A DNA stretch of 63,826 bases, filler included, from Phoronis australis (lineage: Eukaryota; Animalia; Phoronida): the NCBI GenBank assembly GCA_002633005.1. It is 8 parts of 8 records of this genome, joined end to end, with 100 filler letters (N's around TTAATTAATTAA, not from the genome) between each part and the next. Parts side by side here need not be neighbours in the genome. Positions count along the whole stretch, not along the records: positions 1 to 16,164 come from NMRA01001276.1; positions 16,265 to 30,361 come from NMRA01001074.1; 6 more parts are not named here. The stretch is one strand, 5' to 3'. The translations under genes were made by a program, and so were the position numbers. The notes beneath the pieces are model-generated. The model was not told where the DNA came from and ran no database searches. It saw only the letters and a list, made by a program, of their open reading frames with translations. The number at the start of each line of letters is the position of its first letter. The stretch's first letter is position 1. This document shows, piece by piece, positions 11,807 to 25,144 of the stretch.

Positions 11807-13701
11807 GTAAGTTTCACACCTCCGCATGTTCAATCTCACCTGTGTCATTGTCTGGAATGCAGGTTATATTAGAATTAGGGTCTGGTGTACATCATGAAAA
11901 CGAGGCTATTTGATCTGTCTGTTGACCATGGAGTTACGATCTGATTGGTATGCGCATTTCCAATATTTCTGTTTTTAGTAAATTGAAACATGGCAAGCAT
12001 TTCATAATCTCTGGCGGTATATGTGATACTTAACTAAGGTTATCATTAAATTCAAATGTTTGGTCCAGGGAATTCGCCGAACGTTATGTCCTCAATGCCA
12101 TAAGTTAAAGACAAATTAAATTTTTGATTTTTGTCTAATGAAATAAGGAGGGCCAAAAAGATTGCAATATTTACATGATCAATACAAGTGAACAAATTTC
12201 TCTAGTTCTTCCTTCCAAAAACTGCACGTATGCGAAACTCCAATTTTCCCGAGAAAAGTGTTAGGGCTAAGTATTTTATGTGTCAAACGAATTTGAAACC
12301 ACTTGAATCATTTGTAGCAGTGGGTTTTTCACCACTAAAAGTCAGTTAAAGAAGTATAAAATTGTCTCCCATTTGTTTCAAAGTTTGTTTTTTGTACAGT
12401 TGGTTAACTTATAAAGGAAATTCCTTGGCCTCAGCAATAGTAAGATAAGTGAAAGTGTTTGCAGGAAGTTTGGCAAAGTAACTTCATTTTTGAAATTTTT
12501 TTCTTACATTAAGATATTCACTGTTATCCTCAAGCCGTAAAATATGAAAAATATTTTTCTGACTGAGTGGAAATTATTCCATTCACTTTAAACTCATTAA
12601 TAGTTGGCACCATGGCAAGTTTTCTTACTGAAGTTATTTCGCCACCAAATGGTATTCGGTCTTTCGTTGTTGGCAATCAGCCGCCCGGCCGTAACGGAAA
12701 TCGTGGGGGACCACCGTGGGTATCTTAGTGTCCGTCTAAATTTATTTTCGATATTTTCGCAAGTTTAATGGTCACGATATTCTAACTGTATAGCACTTTC
12801 ATTCAATTATTTTGAAGTTGCACGTTCGTTGTTCTTTTTATACCAGAGGTAATTAAACCCAGTAAAACGCGCTTAGCCTGCCCCACCCTAGTCGGCCTTG
12901 TCATTCAATCGTTGGCACAGGACTGTGACTAGTCAAGTGTCTGAAACTATCCTTGTATGTATGCGGCATTTATGATTTGAACTATTTATTTCGATAAAAC
13001 AGCCGGGGATGGCATGCCTTCGCCTTTCACCTGTGCAATGGTCTCGATCGGTCCGCAGCGGGTCATCAGCTGCCAGGTCTGAGTCCGGCAAAATAATTTC
13101 TGTCAAAATTTGTTTTGCCACATTTGCCAACAATTTCAGTACAAATTGTTCCTATTCTGGTTTTTATTAAAGTTAAGCCCGCTGTTAACCCCGTTTTCAG
13201 GCTGGTAACAGACACTGCTCCAGTCGCACAGTCGGTGTTCTATTTTTTAAAGTAGAACACCGGCTAAAAGCTGGGTTCCTGAATGAATTTTATGTCTGCT
13301 TTCGCTCTTAGTTCAAAATGGCGGTGTGTTCTTCTAGTCGGAATCATGAGTGGCGCGTTTATTGAAATTTTCTTCGGCTACGGATTGTATATTGGCTATG
13401 AAATAGGCACTGCTTGGTTCATCAGTTTTTTATTCATATCACTTATTGCTATAAAACTGATCTTAATCGGTGCCTAGAGGAGGTAACCGACAGAGCCACG
13501 TGTTCACATGCATAACGTGACCTAGAAATTACAAGCCTGATAACTGAGATGAGAAGAGATTTCTGTGTTTAGGAAGATCTGCAAGTTCGCCACGATTGGA
13601 GATCATACTCGGCCGTTCAGTTAAAATGACCCACCGTGACGTTAAATTAGCATTGCCATGTAGGATCGTCTTTTTAATGGGTGTGATTCTTCATTTTTCA
13701 G

Positions 13702-13793
13702 GTGTCTCATGGGAGGTCCAAAACAACCTACTGTGGCACTTGATCTTCGTTGTCAGCGCAGAAATAAACAAGAATGGTGGGAAGAGTAAGTGA
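13702..13793 (+). CDS. Secreted protein gene, exon 5 (GVSWEVQNNLLWHLIFVVSAEINKNGGKSK-stop), probably terminal
   Basis: CATTTTTCAG acceptor, phase 1 match, TGA at 13791-13793, and AATAAA signals at about 14009 and 14070. A GTAAGT at 13786 could instead splice to a further exon. Confidence 0.65.
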
Positions 13794-14734
13794 ACAGATT
13801 GGTTTTGGCATTTTAATTTCATGTTCTCACTCATTTAAACCATCAATTAGTCCAACTTTAAATGTAGTATTTTTTAAATAGTCCTGTCAAAAATCGAAGT
13901 CTAATAATGGGAAATCGAACACTACGTATTTGTCAATTTCTTTTAGTTTCAAACGAGTGTTTCGTGTGTAAAATTAGTTATAGCAAACATGTACATAATA
14001 CGCTGTACAATAAACGCATGAGCAAGATGTGAATGAAGTAACCGGTCTACAGACAAATAACTACTGATAAATAAAGTCGCTTGCGGCGGATCACTTTCTC
14101 AGCACTGGATCACTGTCTCGGAATTCCCACTTATCTGGGTCAACAGCTGATTAACTGAAAACAAAGTAACCGAAAATACTGCATTTTCCGACAAAATAAA
14201 AAAGAAAAACAATTGAAAGTAATCTAACTTAATATTGTAATCATACTTTACAGTAATTCCCAAAATATTAAGTAAAACAATGCAATCTGAAGCAAGAATG
14301 ATCACATCAAAGTTTTTGATCGTCGCAAGTCACAAATGAAATGTAGGTCACTCGTTCGGCAAACTCGATCATTGGGAAGGCGACAATACTCAATTACTTG
14401 TTTAGATACAAATAAAAATGAACATTCTAACAAATGAAAGTGAAACAGCTCTAAAAATTCCCACTAAAATATCGCTTTTCTGCAATTCCATCAATATCGT
14501 CTGCTCGTTCTCCGCCGTCCGACTGAGTCAATATGGCTTGTGACAGTGTTGACCTGTTTACAGCTGAATTCGTTGTAATTCCATTTCCAGTATCAAAAAC
14601 ACTTCGATGAATATTAAAATTGTGTTTACCTTGTTTTTATCTTCATCTGCTAGTTGAAACTAGAGAAATTAAAGATTATTAACCGATTCTGCTCTTTTGT
14701 TTTCTTTCGACCTACAGCACACATCACGAATTTT

Positions 14735-14930
14735 TGGCCGCCCGGTCGGAAATTGGTCGACGACTAGCCGTCGACCGGTCGGCTAATTTGCAGACCGGTC
14801 GGCTAAAAATTAGCCGACCGGCAGCCGCCCGCAGTGCCGACTCATAAGGCGACTCCCCAGCCGACCCTTCAGCCGACCCTTCAGCCGACCGGCCATCAGC
14901 CGACCAGCTGGTCGGCTGATGGCCGGGCTA
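14735..14930. repeat. GC-rich element built from AGCCGACC/GGTCGGCT direct and inverted units (MITE-like)
   Basis: Many copies of the GCCGACC motif in both orientations. Confidence 0.6.
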
Positions 14931-16264
14931 TTTTTAGGCTAGAGTAGCAGTTGCGTAATAGGTTGTCAGGCTGATACCACTTTGCGTGTCGATGCATATT
15001 CGTCTTAGCACAGGGTCAAATAAATTAACCTAGTTTTACTGTCTCGGTTACATGAGTTCACGTCGGTTGTGTAATGTCACTAATTCGGAAGGTTGAAGGC
15101 AAGCGGTAATAGTAAACATTGGATTATGGACAATGCAACAAGTTTTGGATGAAAAACGTGAAAGTTTTCTTTACGTTTGATGTTTAATTTGACTCGTGAC
15201 GTTAACAAGATGTATTAGATCGGTTGCTTCCCGGTCAATACAACGCTGTAGTCATTTTGTAAACGCAGCTATTTTAGCAGTCTTCGCCCGCAGTTGATTT
15301 CAAGTTGTTTGTGTAACGCCAAACTGCATCTTTTTGCGTTTTTTAAGTTAGTCACCGGTCTCCTGTCACGCGCCCATGATGATGGATTAGTGAGTGAGTT
15401 CTTACACCGCGAAAAGTTCTCACTCCAGGGATTTTATTTTCGTAGTATTGACCCTTGCATTACAGACGCGAAATTCACGGTCCAGTATGCCCTAAACCCA
15501 CGGACTTCGATGGCTCTAACTTCGAAATCATATTATGGTTACGATTTCCACGAACTAAGACGGTGACATCACCACTGTTGAGGCTACAGCAAAGTAGCCT
15601 TGCGCATTCCGTTTTCAGAGTATCGGTGACGTTAAAATCTGGGCTAGCAGTTACATGTATACACGTAGTCCCCTATCAGTTGGTCGTTCACGTTGTTCCA
15701 AAAATAAATATTTTCTGTCAACAACATAATGACAAATTATGCAAAATAAAACAATTGTGAACGGCAAGATGTGAATACGTGGTGAAGAGGTATTTGTCTC
15801 TACGCGGCATATGTGCGTGAAACTTTGGTAAAGCGATTGCGATGACAAAAAATGATAGAAAATACACAAAGGTACACTTTTGAGAAGCAAAGCGTCTGGT
15901 GATCTTGATAGCGTACATGTATGATCTGGCCACCTCAGGTAGTAAGTGACGCTGAATGAGAAGTGGTAACTACATGTTTGGCGCGAAAATAAAAAAAATC
16001 ATGCTTGTATTGCCAGCCACCCCCCTCCCCGAATTTTGCACATTCTAATGAGTCACCACTCGAGATTTGGTTCCGTTTCAGTCCTAAAATCGCATAATAA
16101 TTCTGTGCTCAGCTGTAAGAAAAAATACAATTTTTTGAAACGGTGCTCAGTCTTAATAAAGTTTNNNNNNNNNNNNNNNNNNNNNNNNNNNNNNNNNNNN
16201 NNNNNNNNTTAATTAATTAANNNNNNNNNNNNNNNNNNNNNNNNNNNNNNNNNNNNNNNNNNNN

Positions 16265-17569
16265 TGTGTGCGCGCGTGTGTGCGTGCGTGTGTCTGTGTG
16301 CGTACGCGTGGTACTGTGCGTGCGTGCGCGCGTCATTGTGCGTACTGTTGTGCATGTGCGTGCGCGTTCTCGTGCGTGTTTATGTAGCGATAACATGAAT
16401 TTTAAACCATTTAACTAAGTCCAATATTACAAATTAGTCAAAAACACGTTTACAACGGTGACCTTCTTCTTTAAGAGAAGGTGATTTACAAGCCAAGCAA
16501 GTTGAACATTAAACAAACTTAGTAAACACTTTTCTATGCAAGTAATAATATTTAAAAGTTCTAATATAGGGTACTAACAGCAATTCAAAGGGTTGGGTAT
16601 ATATTTCTACAATTTGCGCTGGTATATGATTCTACTAGACGGCGTTCTACATCGGGAATAGATGTCATATTGAGCAATGAAATATTTTTAATCCCCTTGG
16701 CATTTATTTGAGCTGATGTGAAAGAAACCATAGAATTTGCTTTGGAAACCAGTTTGGATTGTCCAAGTAGTAAAGGTCGATACCAAGGAATTGAATTGAA
16801 TCCAATTCAATACCTTGCATATATTTTTAAACACTTCCCAACACAAGAGTTTATTTTCATTATCCAAAATATCTATCACTAAGACTACACCAAGTTTACA
16901 AAATGTTGCAGAATGCAGTTTTTCCATTAATTAGACCATAAATATTGTTCCATATTACTTGGTCTAAAAAAGCAGTGTCTGAATGTAGATGTACAGTTAT
17001 CTCCTCCTAGCTCCGTAAAATATCACCATACAATAAGCTGCCGGTAAATTTCCCAACAGGAAGATGCTGAACCATATAATTGGATTTAAATATCAGACTA
17101 CTTTCACAGTTACATGTCGATGTTGTAGGAACATTTAACTTTTATAGGCACCACTGTTACCCAGATTACACCCGGCGTGTACGTATTTGCAGTGCTAGAA
17201 AGTTAAAAAATAGTATTTTCCAGATATGCATTGGGGTTACTATCAGAAAGTCAAGATATTACCGATAAAACGACATTTTGCGTCTTCAAGAGGCGTCGAA
17301 GCAGGGTCTCGTCACTTGTACTTTTAGCAATCCCTCATTCCATATACGTGGCAAACTACACCTGAAAAGGCAACATACCTGTGTGTAAAGATATCCTGAA
17401 CATTTCGCATAAAATTGCTACTTCGGAAAGTGAAATATTTTTAAGTGGCAAACTCCGGTTCCGTCAACGAAATTAAGTTTTGTCAAAGATACTCTGGTTT
17501 TGAGTTAGAGCAGTTAACGCTGTGAAATTGATCTTAACCCGTTTCTAACTCTAGGCCAGGCTGTTTTGA
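16265..17569 (+). repeat. Near-identical copy of 19313-20617 (probable haplotype or assembly duplication)
   Basis: Offset is 3048 bp with only scattered substitutions. The block is bounded by a gap spacer and a single N at 17570. Confidence 0.9.
16650..17340 (-). mobile_element. L1/Tx1-type LINE ORF2 C-terminal remnant (second copy about 19700-20390)
   Basis: Frameshifted translation QVIWNNIYGLINGKTAF..KLGVVLVIDILDNENKLLCWEVF..LNWIQFNSLVSTFTTW matches the post-RT IWNN region of Tx1/L1 ORF2. Confidence 0.6.
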
Positions 17570-19243
17570 NCAAACTCAAGATAATTGTCCATAATTCTGT
17601 GCTCGAGTACGTAATGGTTTACCTATATGACTGTCTAATCCTAGCCTTTACTTGATGGCACCAGCATTATATGTATAAGTTCCATTCTGAACTCGAAATT
17701 TCGAGTTTTCATTCGAGTCTGTAGCGAACTTGGACTAGAAACTCACCTGCGTAAACCATTAGGTACTCGAGCATAGAATATTACACACTTATCCCGAGTT
17801 CGTACTAAATTAAGACATTAAATGTCCAATATTTTGAGTTCGATTTCGAATACAAAGATTCGGCCCCCCGCCTGGTTACAATTGAAATTGATCGGGAACC
17901 ATCTTTTTTACCCATCAGCACCGGATGTCAGCTTTGAGGCGCAAGTTTCAAAATGAATCGGGCGCAGATGAGAACCAATGATACTATTTACGGCCTAAAA
18001 ACACTAATAATTATTTCCGTTCCTCAAGCCAAAGTTTATCACCTCAATTATCTCTCCTCTGCCCAATAAATGCCTCGTCCTTGTAAGTCGATTTTCAGTA
18101 TAATTTCCGAAACGAAGTAAATAGTGCGTTAGAACAGATTAGGCGTTGAACAATCTGAGTAAGAATCACGTGGGCGGCGCGTTGCATTTGGCTCGAGGTA
18201 TGTTTTCACAAATGTTGCCTGTTTCTGCACGTCCCCAGTCCGTTTCATCTAATTATTAAAGATTATCATTGGCTTCAGTTTGCATATTTTCTGCCTATTT
18301 TACGTTTTCTACTTCTTTATACCTGTCACGGAGCATAACCCTATGCGTACAAAAATCACAATTCGAAAATTTGGGCATTTATAAAACTTATGAAACATAA
18401 ACAACCAGCGATTTGATGCGGTGTTTATAAAAACACAGCCTCATACCCAAATACTTTTACCAATAATCCTACGACCTACATTCAGATGATTGTTTTGCTA
18501 AGTGTTTACACTAAGCACCACGTGATCACGTATCACCGGGTCAGAATCAATGGCCATACTGTGTTTCAAGAGGCGTGGACCACGAGAACTCGTGAAAGAT
18601 ATGTTTAAAACAATTCTTGACAATGTGCCATCTCGCAACGTCTGCTACAGAGCTATTCATTTTCCCTTGTGAGGAATTTTCCAGAAAAAATCACAAAATT
18701 CACGATTTTTGCGAAGTAAAAACTCTGTGGTGCACCACAGAGTTTGCAATTTTCCTCACACTTATGATAAATGCGCGCATGCGCTCAAAGACATTCGACA
18801 AACGTACAGCTGACTGGCAAGATATGGATAGTTCTGTTCAATAATTGCTGCCAATGTATTATAATTATATCGGTTTCTGCGTCACCGTATCTTACCTCAA
18901 GTGTGGATAGGAAGTATTCCTACACAACGTTTTGTAGGAAAGCACAACAACGAGACAACGACATGACTTGTGGTCACCAACAATGCTGGAGAGGAGGTAA
19001 TATGAAGACAAACATTGGGGTGCTTGCGTATGGTAAACGAACTTGATTTGAAGAGAATGATCTTTGGTACTATTTACTCTTCGATTAACTATTGTCTGTG
19101 AGACCTCTGTCGATAAATAGTGTAGCTGATGGAGAAACCCGAGTAGAAAAATAAAAGCTGTCACAGAAGCTGCAACTGCAATACGCGTACTGCAACAAGA
19201 GAAAAAAGATTTTGGCGTGATGAAATTTTCTAGAAATGCGGCA

Positions 19244-19430
19244 TGTGTGTGTGGTGTATGAGTGAGTGTGTGTGTGTGTGTGTGTGTGTTTGTGCGTGTA
19301 TGTGTGTGTGTGTGTGTGTGCGCGTGTGTGCGTGCGTGTGTCTGTGTGCGTACGCGTGGTACTGTGCGTGCGTGCGCGCGTCATTGTGCGTACTATTGTG
19401 CATGTGCGTGCGCGTTCTCGTGCGTGTTTA
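19244..19430. repeat. (TG)n/(TGCG)n compound microsatellite
   Basis: Directly visible. Confidence 0.95.
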
Positions 19431-20689
19431 TGTAGCGATAACATGAATTTTAAACCATTTAACTAAGTCCAATATTACAAATTAATCAAAAGCACGTTTA
19501 CAACGGTGACCTTCTTCTTTAAGAGAAGGTGATTTACAAGCCAAGGAAGTTGAACATTAAACAAACTTAGTAAACACTTTTCTATGCAAGTAATAATATT
19601 TAAAAGCTCTAATATAGGGTACTAACAGCAATTCAAAGGGTTGGGTATATATTTCTACAATTTGCGCTGGTATATGATTCTACTAGACGGCGTTTTACAT
19701 CGGGAATAGATGTCATATTGAGCAATGAAATATTTTTAATCCCCTTGGCATTTATTTGAGCTGATGTGAAAGAAACCATAGAATTTGCTTTGGAAACCAG
19801 TTTGGATTGGCCAAGTAGTAAAGGTCGATACCAAGGAATTGAATTGAATCCAATTCAATACCTTGCATATATTTTTAAACACTTCCCAACACAAGAGTTT
19901 ATTTTCATTATCCAAAATATCTATCACTAAGACTACACCAAGTTTACAAAATGTTGCAGAATGCAGTTTTTCCATTAATTAGACCATAAATATTGTTCCA
20001 TATTACTTGGTCTAAAAAAGCAGTGTCTGAATGTAGATGTACAGTTATCTCCTCCTAGCTCCGTAAAATATCACCATACAATAAGCTGCCGGTAAATTTC
20101 CCAACAGGAAGATGCTGAACCATATAATTGGATTTAAATATCAGACTACTTTCACAGTTACATGTCGATGTTGTAGGAACATTTAACTTTTATAGGCACC
20201 ACTGTTACCCAGATTACACCCGGCGTGTACGTATTTGCAGTGCTAGAAAGTTAAAAAATAGTATTTTCCAGATATGCATTGGGGTTACTATCAGAAAGTC
20301 AAGATATTACCGATAAAACGACATTTTGCGTCTTCAAGAGGCGTCGAAGCAGGGTCTCGTCACTTGTACTTTTAGCAATCCCTCATTCCATATACGTGAC
20401 AAACTACACCTGAAAAGGCAACATACCTGTGTGTAAAGATATCCTGAACATTTCGCATAAAATTGCTACTTCGGAAAGTGAAATATTTTTAAGTGGCAAA
20501 CTCCGGTTCCGTCAACGAAATTAAGTTTTGTCAAAGATACTCTGGTTTTGAGTTAGAGCAGTTAACGCTGTGAAATTGATCTTAACCCGTTTCTAACTCT
20601 AGGCCAGGCTGTTTTGATTAAGGAGCACTGAGGTCAATTTTACAACGGTAAGTTTTGACGACGGAAGGCTTGTTTATAACCGCTTAAAG

Positions 20690-20847
20690 CCAGGCGTGCG
20701 TTTGGTAACTCTAGGACCTACGCTAGGACCTAGCTAAAATCTAGTTAAAGTCATGTGTTCTCATTTAAAATACTGGGCAATATCTCACGTAATCTCGCGA
20801 AGTCCTAGTATTTCGCGAGGTCTTAGCGTAACTGAACGGGAGGCTGG
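20690..20847. mobile_element. Short MITE-like element; related sequence at about 55940-56150
   Basis: Termini CCAGGCGTGCGTT / AACGGGAGGCTGG. Internal TCATGT.TCTC..AAAATAC..GGCAATATCTC is shared with 55942-55982. Confidence 0.5.
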
Positions 20848-21069
20848 TCTACATGTATTATCACCTATGTTATAGACGGGTTTCAGCAAGTGAAATATCT
20901 TAAACCGAGCCTATGTGGTGTCACCTCTGTCAAAGGTGGGTTCGTGTCCGCTGCTGTTAAATATATTGAAACACACGACACATACTGATGGTCACAAAAA
21001 GGAAAGTCATCTGATCAGTAAATCTCAAAGAACATGGTCTTCGATGTCGTCCTCACTATCATTATCGTT

Positions 21070-21205
21070 ATTAGTAGGCTTGTGGTAAACTGATGTAGAA
21101 AATTCAGATGGAGAATGGTTCACAAGAACGTCCAAAAATGGAATCTTGTCATTTACATGAAGCTCGTCGGTAAACTTCAATACAGAGTGACGCTCAAGTT
21201 CATCA
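21070..21205 (-). mobile_element. Penelope-like retroelement RT fragment
   Basis: SVLKFTDELHVNDKIPFLDVLV..FSTSVYHKPT matches the PLE RT KFT..PFLD..VY.KPT motif. Confidence 0.75.
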
Positions 21206-21399
21206 CGTACTGATAACAAGTTGAATGATCTCTGTGAATGTGCACACAGACTGTGTGAAAATAATAGATTATTCTGACAGCGTTTAACAAGCAGTATGAG
21301 ACACATACTTGACAATAATCAAAGTATGTAATTTTTATGACTTAATCAACAGATAAAATTTACTTTTTAATACAAAAACACGAAATAATGGGGTTGGAG

Positions 21400-22150
21400 G
21401 TCTAGTTAGGGTTGACTTGTCAAAGAGCTATCCAATGTTATGTGTTGCTGATGTTACTACAGTTGTCACAGCTGCACGTTTCTTTTCAGTTTGATCCAGC
21501 ATTGCAGCACAAACTCATTTTCCCAGCACAAATGTTCTTTTTGCACTTGCAGCGTTCATCATTTAGTACTGTCAGTGGAGCTGCGGGCATTACCCTACAT
21601 GCAAAGCTCTACCGCCAATTAGCCAACTATGGTCGATTAGAGAGGGTACAGTACTGCACACTGGTGATTGGCCCGCATGCAATGAAGGGTCAAACACTGA
21701 ATCCTTGTTTGGAGGCGGGCAGGATTTGGGCAAACATTTGATTCAAAATATGTTATAATGGGCTGTGTTAATTAGAGTCAGCAAGTGGATTATTGAACAC
21801 TAGCCTCAATTCACTTTCATATCTCTTAGTCGGGCACAAACTACAACAGTGAGTAACTTCAACAATCGTTTCTTAAGACTGGCTGTCCAAATAACCTCAT
21901 GCACACCAGCTTTCTGAAGAACAGCTTCAAAGTCTTGCTTTAGTTTTGAAAGGCAAATGACATCTCCTTGTGTTAGAAGCTTTGATTCAATGAACTCCAA
22001 ACAAAACTGTAGGAAAACCTCTCTGAAAACTGTGAATTCGTCACTCTTCATAATCTTTGTCTTTCTATTTTTATAGCATGATGATCTGTGGTACTTGGCT
22101 TCTAAGACACAAGGTCTTTATCTTTGAATTTCATTTGCATATTCAGGGCT
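21400..22150 (-). mobile_element. Academ-type DNA transposon remnant (N-terminal and Cys-rich C-terminal fragments joined by deletion)
   Basis: DLVS.EAKYHRS motif at about 22080-22120 and AP..VLN..RCKCKKNIC..CCNAG..CSCDNCSN Cys cluster at about 21440-21590. Confidence 0.6.
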
Positions 22151-22499
22151 CTGGACTGAGCTGTTGCTCACGATACAAGTCCAACTGAAAAAAACCTGAA
22201 CTGTTAACACTAATTTAACATTTAACTATGAGTGAGTTGGCATGCAATTTTTTTCCGACGGACTTATCAGGAACTGATCCACCACCAGCCTAACAAATTT
22301 ACATGCCGTCTGATCTGTCACCTAAAAATGTTGATCGTCAAAATAATTAGATTAGTTGATGTGACTGAAAATAAATCAGCTAATATACCAGTGCAGAGAT
22401 TGAAATTTAATATTTTTAAATCAGATGCTCATACCATAGTCAATCGGTTTATACTTAAGGTAACCAACGTTTGACGAAATTATGACGGGGACATTGGCC

Positions 22500-23200
22500 A
22501 CTTAGGCACTTTAATTTAATTACCATTGCAGCTACCTAAGTAATTAATGTTTACAAAAATTGAGAAGAGGTTCCCCCTATCCCAGGATTACGGCAGGGGA
22601 TGACAGCCACTTGGGCATGTTGATTGCAACCATCTATTCCATTTAACATTCTCAAAAGTTTTTGACTTAAACTTCTTAAAATCACACCCACAGTATAACG
22701 TCATATGATTACTCCCTGGTGCAAGCAGTGTCGATGTGGCAAGTGAACAAGGGAGTGTTCGAAAAACAGGATTGCAGGAGTATTTGTTTAAACTGGGAAC
22801 ATATGAATACATCAACGGCCTCCTCACAGGCATCTCTCTACGCGGTACTTCTAAACTTACAGCAACATGACTTATGGTTTAACCAGTGTGATGCATAATT
22901 TGCCGAAAGGCATTCGGCATATGGAGTACCTATTGTATGATCACCGTCTCTACTGGGTCAGCGGTATTGTCTAAGGCCTAGTCAGCCAAGGAGCTGAACA
23001 AGTTAAAAAAACAACTGGTAATAATACTGAAACCCATGGAAAACACCACGATGTACCTTTCAAAAACACGTACCTGTTTATCAAAGCTATAAAGTTGTTA
23101 CTTCTTTCGCTTTCTTGAAATGTGGTCCATGATATAGTTTTCCTTCTAACAAATGATGCACTCATGTTTCAGAATGTTCCTATCTTGTTCAGGTTAATTG
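22500..23200 (-). mobile_element. Highly degraded non-LTR RT remnant
   Basis: RGVFHG..LLPVVFLTC (GVFQG-LSP-like) at about 23000-23060 and NYLG at about 22535, with many frameshifts. Confidence 0.35.
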
Positions 23201-23879
23201 GGTGTTTCAGATTTTGGAAACCTAATTGATTTTCTTGGGAAATTTTGGGTAACATCTGTATCAACTTTCAGCAGCTTCAGCTTTAGTACTACTGCTGGTG
23301 TGTTGAAACGTTGCTACGCCTTTCTATGTCCCTTCAATTTTTGGTCTGGCACTTGGTCTTCTACAGCAGTATACTGCATAGGCTATAGCAGGACATGCAG
23401 CATGTTTTCTGCACAAATGTTTCTGACACTTCTCCATTTTAATCTACTGATCTACAGAGTTCCAAAGTCCATCAGCTTTCATCAGGATGCTTCTCTAAGC
23501 TTCTTCGGGTTCTGGCATCACAATTTTGTGCTGTTTGATAAACTTTGAATTATACAGGCATCACAATCCTTGGGAGCAATCATATTGAAGTAACTAAGCA
23601 AAACAATACAATCTGGGTCTCTGACTGGTCAATTCAATAGAAAAGTATCACCAAGTGTCCGGAATGTGCATAATATTTCGTGCAATAAAAACACCTTTTT
23701 TCAAAAAAATGTGCAAGTGTAGACTTGGGAACTTTTTGGAATTTCATTTATAGGTATAATATCTAGCCACATAGAAAATCTAGGCTGCCCCCCCCAAGTA
23801 TTCACAAGGAAGAACGCTATGAGATCAGGCCCACCGACTAGTACGGCAAGTTGTTCAGGGTTGGATACTCTAGCGCATG

Positions 23880-24065
23880 GTTCAGCGGTCAATTTCCGAG
23901 AGGCTGAGACAGGCGAAGTAATTACAGCCCAGACACTGCATCAAGTTAGTCTGACGTTAGGAGGAAGAGATTACAAGGCTGGCGTCTGGGTAATGATTTT
24001 ATCCAAAGACACGATGCTCGGGCAAGACATCATGACTGGATATTCCTTTTACCTTGATGGGGAAG
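23880..24065 (+). mobile_element. Gypsy-type aspartic protease remnant
   Basis: VNFREAETGEVITAQ..VSLTLGGRDY..VWVMILSKDTMLGQDIM resembles the C-terminal half of a retropepsin (LLG.D motif). Confidence 0.5.
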
Positions 24066-24559
24066 CTCATGTGGAAGAATTCCTGTGACCTGCTTTAATA
24101 CTCACTGTAAAGTCCGACCACGGATGGCCTCATTGAAAATATAAGTTTTCCGTCGAAGTCAGTCAACAATATAGACACGTTGTCTTCGTACTAACTTCCA
24201 GAATTTGTTGTGGAGGCGAGAATTTAATGTTACTGGCAGCAGTTTACGAAGTGGGAGTCTAACTTATGAGTAATCAATTACTTTGAAAAACCTGTACCCC
24301 TGAAGCAAGATTGATCCTGAACTGGGGGCTCGTCCGATAAAGCAGAAGATGCGAAGGACTAAGATGGGATTTGAAGGTTAGCAGTGGAGCCAGCTGGAAT
24401 CGATGATAACTGCTGGTGTAACAGAGACCTCACTTTCATCAAGGACCAGCAAAACGGAACTTATACGCAAGTCTGATGGTATGTGTCATTACTGTGAAGA
24501 CTTCAGGGCCTTGCATGCTGTGACAATCAAAGACTAGTGGACATTGACATTTGTTGCTG

Positions 24560-25144
24560 ATTGTTTTGACCTTCTCTAGGTGAAAAAGCATTTCTCCAAA
24601 CCTCTTCATTCCATAACAAACAGACATAAATTTAGTGGCCTGTTGTGCCACATCGGAAAAACGCGCAGTAACATTTAAGACGGCACACAGTCAAGCCCAG
24701 CCTTAATTGCTTTAACAATGTATCCCTTTTAAGTTCCATAGTAGCATGCCACCGTGTCACACCCTTACAGCGCATGGGCAGAGAGGAGACCCTTCACAAC
24801 ATCACGACATGTTTCCACTGTCAACTTAATGTCTGTAACTGTTCTGTGCTTACAAGGTAATTCCATGGTTGTGGTATTTTAAGCTGTTCCTTGTCATAGT
24901 AATGCACGCAGAGCACAAATATATTTGTGTCATTCGAAACGACCCAATGTTTGTTAACTTCACATGCACATTTCACGGCATGCTGCACAATAATGGTGCC
25001 GCCTTCTTCATGGGATGTCTCCCGATAGTACATGCTGCCAATGCCCTTGTTCGATATTAAGGGAAAGGGGACTTCCTCAGTGATTACCAAATTGTGTTTC
25101 TTAGGCACTGCTACCGGGGTTTTCGTAGATAAGGCCGTGGGCAT
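24560..25144 (-). mobile_element. Academ (AcademX-type) XPG/FEN-like nuclease domain remnant
   Basis: SHEEGGTIIVQHA..VVSNDTNIFVL (HEEADT..DTD motif) followed by LLSAHAL*GCDTVA..G.K (H3TH motif), with stops and frameshifts. Confidence 0.7.

Noticed and set aside
13283-13477. Hydrophobic 64-aa ORF
   Set aside because: It is intronic and T-rich, with no promoter, splice or homology support.
15330-15710. FN3-like words on the minus strand (ISKLEP, YDFEVRA)
   Set aside because: The motifs fall in overlapping different frames with many stops, which is compatible with chance.
16165-16264. TTAATTAATTAA inside N runs (also at 30362, 45089, 49935, 55486, 59688 and 62711)
   Set aside because: This is an artificial scaffolding spacer with stops in all six frames, not biological sequence.
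16265-20617. 1.3-kb direct repeat resembling an LTR pair or tandem duplication
   Set aside because: The first copy is bounded exactly by a gap and a single N, differs only by scattered SNPs and has no LTR hallmarks. It is most likely an uncollapsed haplotype.
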